From the NCBI GenBank assembly GCA_040285745.1, contig JAUFOR010000006.1, positions 62,001-126,000 of the forward strand: a DNA stretch of 64,000 nucleotides, read 5' to 3'. The stretch is from Barthelona sp. PCE (lineage: Eukaryota). A program made the position numbers and the translations under genes. Position 1 is the first letter of the stretch, and the number at the start of each line of letters is the position of its first letter. Positions 40,425 to 48,884 of the stretch are shown here, in pieces. A model generated the notes under the pieces. That model worked only from the letters and a program-made list of their open reading frames with translations, had not been told where the DNA came from and searched no databases.

Positions 40425-40543
40425 GTTTCTCGAGCAAAAGGTTGATAAAAGTGTATACGCAAAGACCTGTTCTGAACAAAAAAGCGCAACCTTTTCTTGT
40501 TTGTCTTATTCTAACTCTTTTCATTTTTAATTTTTACTGAAAA

Positions 40544-41635
40544 ATGTCCGCTGCATCGAAGTCAACACGGTATGCTACTATTTTGCGTTTGAAACGCACT
40601 TTTAGAGAATTTCTAACATTTTGAAAAACTAAATCTAAAAAAGCAGCAACAGAAGAGGCTCTGGAAGAAGTATGCGTAGGCGACAATCACACATTCATTC
40701 AAATTGAAGAACTAGTTCGATCGGGAGTTGCAAAAGCAGATGCTAAAAAGTTACGTGATGCTGGTTTCTCAACTGTTGGTATGGTGCTGATGACACCACG
40801 CAAGGAACTTGTCAACATCAAGGGATTATCGGAAGGAAAGATTGAGAACATACTAAATCATTGTATTGAAATGGGCGGAGGTTTATTGAAAACAGGAAAT
40901 GAGATCAAACTTGAGCAAGAAACGAATATCCAGTACATTGAAACTGGATCTAAGTCAGTTGATCAGCTTTTAGGAGGAGGAGTGGAAACTGGAATTATTA
41001 CTGAAGTTTATGGTGAATTTCGTACGGGAAAGACTCAGTTGTGCCACTCGCTTGTGGTTAGTGCAGCTGTAGCTGGAAAAAAAGTAGCCTATATCGACAC
41101 AGAAGGAACTTTCCGTGCGGATCGTATCGAAGAAATTGCTATTGCTCGAGGACATGATGTAGAATATATATATGACTACATTGTGTATGCACGTGCGTAC
41201 ACTCACGAGATGCAAATGCAAATTCTGATTGATATAGCAAGAAAGATGTCAGAAGGTGATTTCCAATTGTTGATCGTAGATTCAATAACATCCTTGTTTA
41301 GAGTTGATTTTCAGGGTCGTGGAGAGCTCTCTGAGCGCCAACAGAAGCTAGGTGCTATGTTATCTCGTTTGATGAAAACTGCAGCAGAGTTCAATGTAGC
41401 TGTCGTCATGACAAATCAGGTTATGGCGGATCCAAGTGGAGGTGTGATGTCTTTTGGTGATGTTAAAAAGCCTATTGGAGGTCATATTCTAGCTCACGCA
41501 TCACATTGTCGACTTTATGCCCGTAAAGGAAAGGGTGAAAATCGTGTTATTAAATTAATCGATTCACCAAATCGTCCAGAAGGTGAAGCTGCTTATGTCA
41601 TATGTGAAGAAGGTATCAAAGATGGTTCTTTATAA
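40544..41635 (+). CDS. DMC1: Meiotic recombinase DMC1; proposed exons 40544-40569 and 40624-41635 (345 aa)
   Basis: GEFRTGKTQL, FRVDF.GRGEL.ERQQKL and GGHILAHAS are DMC1-type rather than RAD51-type. The conserved N-terminal domain (IEEL...G...AD.KKL.DAG) continues in frame upstream of the ORF-track start, back to 40625, with no ATG. Confidence 0.9.
40570..40623 (+). other. Putative spliceosomal intron (54 nt) with GT-TG boundaries
   Basis: GTATGC...TCTAACATTTTG; phase 2; restores the frame, whereas no AG from 40604 to 40679 does. Confidence 0.65.
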
Positions 41636-41664
41636 TGATTTATTTTTATTTAAGATTAAATTGA

Positions 41665-42957
41665 TTAAGAGTACTTCAGGGCAGGGTTCTCTGCAGGGAA
41701 AGGATAATCGCGAACATAGTAAAATACTTCATCATTATTAGTGCCATCAGGCAGACAAGGCAAACGTAGTTTAACATCAACAACAGCCATCTCCTTCTTA
41801 CGAGCATGACTTTGATACACTGCGAGATCAAAAGCTGCACGTAGACCCTCAACAGCAAGAATCATATCCAGAGGTACATCATCACTCTCATAAGTCTTGA
41901 GGATTTCGAACAGAGCATCAGGGCAGGGACGGCACATAACAATAGCACCGGGCTCCAGGCACTCAATGATGATGTCAGGGTTTTTGAAACCACGCTGGCT
42001 TCCCTCAAGCAATTCACGATGACGCATTCGGCTTAACTCCATGATTGTAACATTTTCCTCTTGTTTACGACCACAGGTAACGAGATATCCAGGTGTGTTA
42101 AGCTCTTCATTGGGAACAAAGAGTCTTCTACCCAGACGAAGCATGAGCAGATCGTTGTTAGATATGGAACAGCAGTTGATATCCTCGATATCCACTGCGA
42201 AACCATGCTCCTTAGTGGGTTCAACATTAAAATGATTGATACCCCACTTCTTAAACATATTTCCGAAAGATGGCTCGGTTAAGCTGCATCCGCCACTGGG
42301 AGAACCGAACTTAGTGATGCCGAATTCTTTGGCAAGACGGAGTTGGGTTTTGCGGGAACGACCACTAATATTCATCAATTTTGAACGATCGACAATACCG
42401 TCCTTCTCAGGCTGGGTTTCAGGGAGCTGGTGAGCACAGAGAGGTCTCAGAAGGATATCTTCAACACCAAGGGCAACTGCAGTTTCCATCATAGGTGTCA
42501 TACGCTGTGAGAAAGGACGCTGTCCAACGACTTCTCCGGAGAAAATGAAGGATGCACCAATTTCACGCATATATTCAACACCGAGTTTGATAGTGTTGCG
42601 ACGGCAATCAATACAGGGGTTAACGTTCTTTCCGTAACCATGAGGAGGGTTGAGAACAAGTTGGAGCAAAGTATCAGTGTCTTGGACAACGTGAAGCTCA
42701 ACACCCAGTTCCTCTGCACCGTCTATGATGTGCTGAGGTGCTTTAAGGTCATTGGTTGAACCAGTGAAGACGGTGGTAAGGTGGAACGCAACTACACGAA
42801 TTCCCTGCTGCTGAATAAGCTTGATAGAAAGTGCACTATCCAATCCTCCACTGTAGAGACCAATAGCAACGACTTCGCTTCCAGAATTAGCAACGGCAGA
42901 ATTAGCATTGCCATTCTCATTTTTGTCAATAATGTTTGTGTTGTTTGCGTCGTTCAT
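41665..42957 (-). CDS. Bacterial-type ThiI/MnmA-like PP-loop tRNA thiolation enzyme
   Basis: SGGLDS PP-loop, GYGKNVNPCIDCR, GEVVGQRPFSQ, LLRPL, GRSRK.Q, P.GGC.LT. Confidence 0.8.
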   Translation of the reverse strand: MNDANNTNIIDKNENGNANSAVANSGSEVVAIGLYSGGLDSALSIKLIQQQGIRVVAFHLTTVFTGSTNDLKAPQHIIDGAEELGVELHVVQDTDTLLQLVLNPPHGYGKNVNPCIDCRRNTIKLGVEYMREIGASFIFSGEVVGQRPFSQRMTPMMETAVALGVEDILLRPLCAHQLPETQPEKDGIVDRSKLMNISGRSRKTQLRLAKEFGITKFGSPSGGCSLTEPSFGNMFKKWGINHFNVEPTKEHGFAVDIEDINCCSISNNDLLMLRLGRRLFVPNEELNTPGYLVTCGRKQEENVTIMELSRMRHRELLEGSQRGFKNPDIIIECLEPGAIVMCRPCPDALFEILKTYESDDVPLDMILAVEGLRAAFDLAVYQSHARKKEMAVVDVKLRLPCLPDGTNNDEVFYYVRDYPFPAENPALKYS

Positions 42958-43613
42958 TTGATTTATAGCCCGTTATTTGTCGTTAAAAGATCAAAAAGAT
43001 ATTATGTAGGAAATAAAAAACAATGTAAGGTTTGTACGCCTTTTAGATCTTTTCAAGTGATACAGACGTTTTGATTACGAATATCTACCGCATACCAGTG
43101 CTTATGATATGGATATCTTTTAGTATTGGTAAGAAAAAATCAGTATATGTGATTCTTTTGTTATTACCACATTTGGAGTAGTTTTCCACACTGAAAATGA
43201 ATTGTTAGACTGGTCTTTAGCATTTAGAAAGCTGAAAATTTCGTTTAGTGTTGGCCTTGTAAAAGCTACAACCCAATACGATCGGAAAACTGCACAATTA
43301 ACGTAGTACAGGCACGTGGGAAAACTTTTTGCGATTGTTGTGACCCAATGAAATACTTGATGGTGTGTTTTGGAGTGAGTATAATGCACCTATTCTCAAG
43401 TGTTTATTAGTAGAGTAATATTTTTCATTGATTATTCTTTATACTGCTTTTGATAGTTTTGTTGCTAAAGATAGGAACATAACATATAATGCAAAATCAT
43501 TAAATACCAAATTTCAACATGTTTCTAACACATGTATAAACATTCTACATGATTTAACAGCTTTACGCTCTTAATCAATGAATTGCAAAAAAACTGATTA
43601 TTCACTATGCCTT

Positions 43614-45497
43614 TTATGTAGCAATGGGTGATACTGTAGAACATATGGACACATTGCAGTTGAGAAGAAACTCTTTAATATTAATATATCTATCCTCAAT
43701 ATTAAAATAATTCTTGTTAAGAGTGAAAATCTTCACTTCTAAACAAAAGTTGATCCATTCTCTTGCATGAGAAACCAGAACACCCGGACTTGGTGAATAA
43801 ATAACGTCTCCAAATACACCATCATTGTATAAATTAGCTTTAAAAACATTTGTTAATGCAGCTGAACTGTATTCATACACAATTTTTCCAAAAATTATTG
43901 CGTTAACATCGAAGAAAATAGGTGTTTCGTAGCATTGTGTGAGATTTTCAATCAAAATATAATGTATACAATCACTTTCATCATCGTATCTTAGAATAAA
44001 ATACAGTATTTCTCCACTCCAAGTCATAGATAAACAAATCAACACTTCATCATGACAATATGGATTTGGAAGTATTCCACCTTTATCGCTCATCACATAA
44101 CTATCAAATTCATAGATAGTTTTTGTAACATATCCTCCTGTTATGTTGTCAAGTTTAATAACAATAACCATATCAGAACTTCCGATCCACACGAGGTTTC
44201 CAGACACAAAAATACCCTTTATATCACTCTTGTTAAGTATATAATTACCGTTAATCCACACATCGTGCAGGTTATGACCCAAATCATATGAAACAACGAA
44301 ATGACGCTGATTAAATGCTGCTCTACACCGCGCACAGCTATATGCTCTTGGGAAAGTCATCACTCTAACTTGGTCAACATAGAATTGAAAATTCTGCTGA
44401 GTTTTTATAAATCTTCCTGTGTGCCATTTTTGTGAATCTATATCATAGAACCGCTGTATGTTATGTGTATTATACATCTTTGAGTTCGTATTTATATGTA
44501 CAATTATTACTGAATTATTGTAGAAATCAAAAAAAACTTGATTAGCAGCTATGTGAAGATAATCAAAAATTGATCGATTTTTCAGGATCGTTAGACACCT
44601 CACATCCCATATCTGATGAAAATATGTGATTCCAGTTGATATATCCAGTTTAGAACAGTATATTATATCGTTAACCAAAACAAAATTCCACCAATCACAA
44701 ATTACACTAATATAATTGCTTCTGCAGCCAGGCTTTGGGATAATGGTGCCTTGAATACGAACAAATTCGAATATATCTTCATTTAAATCAATATCAATAT
44801 CAATTGGAGTTTTCAACAACTTTCCGTCTTTGACTGAACAAATTTTGTACCCTTCTTCTTGCACTATTAGATGTTGATCACCAGGCGTGTAGTCGATAGC
44901 TTTAACACAAAGATCTTTGAGCAAATTATCTTCCAATAGAATTGGTACTCCATTTGCAAACGTTATAAGGACTATTTTGAAACCTTCAAGTGTCTGTTGG
45001 ATGATGTATGGTATCTCATCAATAACAACAGCGTGAATACTACCTTTAACCCAAAAACATGTACTGCTAAAGAGTATACAGTTTTTTTGGTCTAGATCCA
45101 GTAAATCTACTATGTTTTTTCGTTTTCGCACACATAAACTTTCATTTAACACGATAAAACTATCATGAATCTCTGTCATTATGTTTTTGATTGGATTAAA
45201 TTGGTCACTGATTAATTCAAACAATTCAACTCTGTAAAACGTAGTTTCAGCATGTATAATTCGGTAGAAGATGTTTGGTTCTAACACGGTTGGTTGTAAA
45301 CGTAAAGATTCATAGAACTTCTTCTCAATGCTGTCATATGAGTTAATCTGTGGGCTACATATGGTGCTTCCCTTACTTTTATCGACGTAAAAGAAGTGCT
45401 TTGTATTCAAAAAGTCTTCTGCACTGGAAACTACAATATTCTCATTGTTTGGAGTGATTGTGAAGTATTCTGATATGTTTGAAATTGGCCGAGGCAT
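43614..45497 (-). CDS. Orphan 'MPR' family protein, copy 2
   Basis: AT-rich 627-aa ORF starting MPRPISN; C-terminal IEDRYINIKEFLLNCNV. Confidence 0.7.
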   Translation of the reverse strand: MPRPISNISEYFTITPNNENIVVSSAEDFLNTKHFFYVDKSKGSTICSPQINSYDSIEKKFYESLRLQPTVLEPNIFYRIIHAETTFYRVELFELISDQFNPIKNIMTEIHDSFIVLNESLCVRKRKNIVDLLDLDQKNCILFSSTCFWVKGSIHAVVIDEIPYIIQQTLEGFKIVLITFANGVPILLEDNLLKDLCVKAIDYTPGDQHLIVQEEGYKICSVKDGKLLKTPIDIDIDLNEDIFEFVRIQGTIIPKPGCRSNYISVICDWWNFVLVNDIIYCSKLDISTGITYFHQIWDVRCLTILKNRSIFDYLHIAANQVFFDFYNNSVIIVHINTNSKMYNTHNIQRFYDIDSQKWHTGRFIKTQQNFQFYVDQVRVMTFPRAYSCARCRAAFNQRHFVVSYDLGHNLHDVWINGNYILNKSDIKGIFVSGNLVWIGSSDMVIVIKLDNITGGYVTKTIYEFDSYVMSDKGGILPNPYCHDEVLICLSMTWSGEILYFILRYDDESDCIHYILIENLTQCYETPIFFDVNAIIFGKIVYEYSSAALTNVFKANLYNDGVFGDVIYSPSPGVLVSHAREWINFCLEVKIFTLNKNYFNIEDRYINIKEFLLNCNVSICSTVSPIAT

Positions 45498-45771
45498 ATA
45501 TTACGAACACAAAGCTGCCCAATGCATCTGTTTGGATGTGAAAAGAGGAGTATTTGTCAAAAACAGCAATTAACTGATTGATGCTGCATTTACCTTTTTC
45601 GACCTTAAATTATATTTAAATAGAAACACCAATTAATGATAAAAATTGGACTCTAGTTCGACGCAAGTGTATTTTTTACTTGTTTTTTCAGATTCGATAC
45701 TTATCTTTTCTTATTCATAATTCAGTGTTATTTTTATTATTTACAAAAGGAAATTGAAGTATTCAACATTG

Positions 45772-47637
45772 TTACTTACCAGCCCAAACATCAGGAAAGT
45801 GAATTATATTGGCAGTATGAATAAATTTGAGTATATCAAACTCTTCTATCTTAACATCATCAAATGATGTAGCATTAAATTTCTTAATAATCATTTTTTC
45901 GTTCCTAATATTAGTTTGGTAAAAAACATCTGAATAAAATTCTGTTAACTGAGAGTGCGGAACCAATTGTAATATGTCATTTTCAAAATCACAATGATAG
46001 ATTTCTTCTCTGAAACAAAAGGAACGAGGTCCAGAAAAAAAACCACATGACACAGGAAATGGAGAAGCAAAACTTGAAATACGATTAAAATCACTGTCAA
46101 AAAGTACCAACTCACGAGTTGTTCCATCATATGCTACATATGGGTCCCAACGATTAAACGACAACTCCGAATCAATGTTCTTGATCAATTCTGGTGTGCC
46201 ATTTGAAATATAATAAACATTGGTTGTATTATCATAAAGTGTCACAAACAGATAATCTCCTGAGAACATGAAGTCTGTAATGTCGGCTACAGTGTGATAT
46301 TCAATGTTGTTCAACAAAAACGATCTATTATGCTTTTTAATTATATGATGCGTGTTCTCACTATCATAGTTATCGGATTCAGACACTATATCAGTAATTT
46401 CAGCATTTCTATCAGAAACAAGTACCTGTTGGTTGATATTATTGGTGCCAACTATTGCGAAACGATAACTTGCACTGAAACACTGACAGGGGTCAATCTT
46501 GATGATTGTGTCTTGTGAATTAATATTAGGAAACACATGTATCTCATTTACGTCAAGCAGAAATAAAGTAGGCCATGATTTCGTCATTCTTGATGAGAAA
46601 AAAATTGTATGATCATTGAAAAAAAGAGGGGATTGATACTTGGGCAACATCATCAGTACGTCTTCCTTTGATTTAGGAATAAATGTGTTGAATGACAAAT
46701 TGTCAAACGAGTACAAACGGCTACTGTATTCAAAAGGAAAAGATAACTCGCAGCTGATGTAGTCCATGCTTGGTGGAATCTCACCAATACTATTGATAGT
46801 TCCATTGTCAGTTAGTATCATATTGGCATATTTCTTTGCCGACATGAATGTAAACTTGGAGAGTCCTTCTGTTGCAAAAAGTAAAGCAACTCGGGAAGGA
46901 ATGAATTTGTCTGTTACGAAAGGAAACGCATCGTACTCTGTGTACAGATACGTAACCTCCTCCTCACACACCCTGTTACGTACGATAGCAGCAGTTATGT
47001 TTGCGCAGCAAGAAAGCACCTCATCACAAGGTATAAATCTTGCGTCGTTGAAAAAAAAAATGCCCCCTGAAAGCGCTACACCACCAGGAAAGAAAGATTT
47101 AACAGGGGAATCCGTCCAGTAGAAGTCAACGGTATGATTAATGAGCTCAGTAAGATCAAAATCAGTGTATGACGAGTAGTTGCTTTCATAAACTCTCTTA
47201 ATAATGGTATTCTTACTGAATATTACGAATAAAAAGGAAGATCTCGAAAGGCAGAAAATCTCATCTGTTGGAAAGGTTAAAGTTATGTTGTTGGTTATCT
47301 GCAATGATGGAAACTCCATGAACCAAATGTTGTGACGCCATCTGTCACCATTTTTGAGAGGTGGTATGATGCATTCAGGCTTGTAGCGGAGATTTAAAAG
47401 AGAATTGAAAGTTGTAGTATCTTGCCAACACCTGTGTATCTTTTTCTTTCCTTGAAATTCACCAAATTCTATTGGATAAGATGACTTTTGGAACAAAATA
47501 AACTGGTTGCAATCAATAAATGATGCATGCTGTGGGTTTTTGATCAGTGTAAAATGATTCACTCGTTCAGATACACAAAACTCAGAATTTTCATAATCTT
47601 TGTGAACATATTCATTAAAAATAAGTCGTCTGGGCAT
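45772..47637 (-). CDS. Orphan 'MPR' family protein, copy 3
   Basis: 621-aa ORF starting MPRRLIF; C-terminal IEEFDILKFIHTANI. Confidence 0.7.
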   Translation of the reverse strand: MPRRLIFNEYVHKDYENSEFCVSERVNHFTLIKNPQHASFIDCNQFILFQKSSYPIEFGEFQGKKKIHRCWQDTTTFNSLLNLRYKPECIIPPLKNGDRWRHNIWFMEFPSLQITNNITLTFPTDEIFCLSRSSFLFVIFSKNTIIKRVYESNYSSYTDFDLTELINHTVDFYWTDSPVKSFFPGGVALSGGIFFFNDARFIPCDEVLSCCANITAAIVRNRVCEEEVTYLYTEYDAFPFVTDKFIPSRVALLFATEGLSKFTFMSAKKYANMILTDNGTINSIGEIPPSMDYISCELSFPFEYSSRLYSFDNLSFNTFIPKSKEDVLMMLPKYQSPLFFNDHTIFFSSRMTKSWPTLFLLDVNEIHVFPNINSQDTIIKIDPCQCFSASYRFAIVGTNNINQQVLVSDRNAEITDIVSESDNYDSENTHHIIKKHNRSFLLNNIEYHTVADITDFMFSGDYLFVTLYDNTTNVYYISNGTPELIKNIDSELSFNRWDPYVAYDGTTRELVLFDSDFNRISSFASPFPVSCGFFSGPRSFCFREEIYHCDFENDILQLVPHSQLTEFYSDVFYQTNIRNEKMIIKKFNATSFDDVKIEEFDILKFIHTANIIHFPDVWAGK

Positions 47638-47870
47638 ATGAAATCAGTGAAACGGGTAAGACAATGAACAACGTTTTTTCAACCTTTTCATTTCTGATGG
47701 AACGAATCTTTTCCAATTTATTTCCATCACAAAAAAGCATTAATAGTTATCAAGAAGATAAACTTAATGATTTGATGGCATACTTGTACACGGGGTTTTT
47801 TTCCAGTGAATGAAGATCATGAATTCAACTTGCAATTAGATTACTCGTTCGACCATTTTGTTTTTATAAA

Positions 47871-48822
47871 GGACATCGAGGTAAACTAGGGCTAATACAT
47901 GTACAAAAATCCAACTCACGAAGGATTGCATATATTAGACTAAACCAACCCAGCTTTCATTAGCTGACTTAGGTGAATCATAATATATTCGCTGATCGTT
48001 GTCTCTTGACGCGACGTATCATTTAAATCTCTGCCCTATCATACTTATTCGTAGGATAGAGGCCTACGAAGGTGTTGACGGGTAACGGAGAATCAGGGTT
48101 CGATTCCGGAGAGGGAGCCTGAGAAACGGCTCCCACTTCCACGGAAGGCAGCAGGCGCGAAAATTTTCCAATCCTGACTCAGGGAGAAGGTGACAAGAAA
48201 TAACAACCGTAGGCACTATGTGTCCCGGCATGTAATGGTTTAGGTGTAAATAGACCTTTAGAAAGCAATTGGAGGGCAAGTCTGGTTAACTCCAAGTTTG
48301 AGAGCGGCACTATGGTTATTAATTTGTTTGTAAAGCATCAGAAAAAAAGCGAAACCTTTTTCCTCCTTTTTCTTTTAAAACATTTAACAACTTTTAGTAC
48401 TCAAATTTCCAGCCAGATGTCGAGAAGCATAAAAACTAATCGGCAAAAATTCAGAGTTGAGAACTGAATATACATGTGTAAATTGCGGGAAACTCCTAAA
48501 GCTAACACAACCGCGGTCTTGAAGCAATTCAAGATGCAGCAGCAAGAGTAACTTCTTGTGGATGGTAAAATCGTGTTAGATGAACTCTACTGCCCTGAGT
48601 TCGTTGTAATGGACAATCCGCATCCAAGCTCCTCATGTAGGAGAAGGTTCAGAGACTATAATCACGTGGGGTTCTTCGGAATCTTAAGGTATAGTCCATT
48701 CCCACTCGAGAGAGTGCTTTATAGTTATTAACTTGCCTCACAAGCTAGGGCTATAAGGGAAACATTTACTGTTTCGGTAGTAAAGGCCAGCAGCCGCGGT
48801 AATACCAGCTCCAATAGCGTAT
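47871..48822 (+). rRNA. Isolated partial eukaryotic SSU (18S) rRNA gene fragment interrupted by a group I intron; 5' boundary approximate
   Basis: Conserved 18S blocks GCTAATACATG, CTGCCCTATCA, GACGGGTAACGG..AATCAGGGTTCGATTCCGGAGAGGGAGCCTGAGAAACGGC, GGAAGGCAGCAGGCGCG, TTGGAGGGCAAGTCTGGT|GCCAGCAGCCGCGGTAATACCAGCTCCAATAGCGTAT. The 18S 5' end and everything 3' of this block are missing. Confidence 0.92.
48287..48785 (+). ncRNA. Group I intron, subgroup IC1, at SSU position 516 (499 nt)
   Basis: Exon U before and terminal G at the end. P AAATTGCGGGAA (48480-91), Q AATCCGCATC (48615-24), R GTTCAGAGACTATA (48647-60), S AAGGTATAGTCC (48686-97). IGS GCCAGA (48412-17) pairs with exon TCTGGT. P2, P2.1, P3, P5abc, P6, P8, P9, P9.1 and P9.2 can all be paired. 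Confidence 0.95.
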
Positions 48823-48884
48823 TTTACCTATTTTGGCTGTTTTGAGAACCAGAACGAATCACTGTTTGATGTGTTATTGTTGGG

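Noticed and set aside
48064-48279. 71-aa ORF within the rDNA fragment
   Set aside because: Spurious antisense ORF of conserved 18S sequence.
48287-48785. Twin-ribozyme (lariat-capping GIR1) or intact homing endonuclease as in Naegleria S516
   Set aside because: P6 is a short hairpin, there is no ORF, and no second ribozyme core is visible.
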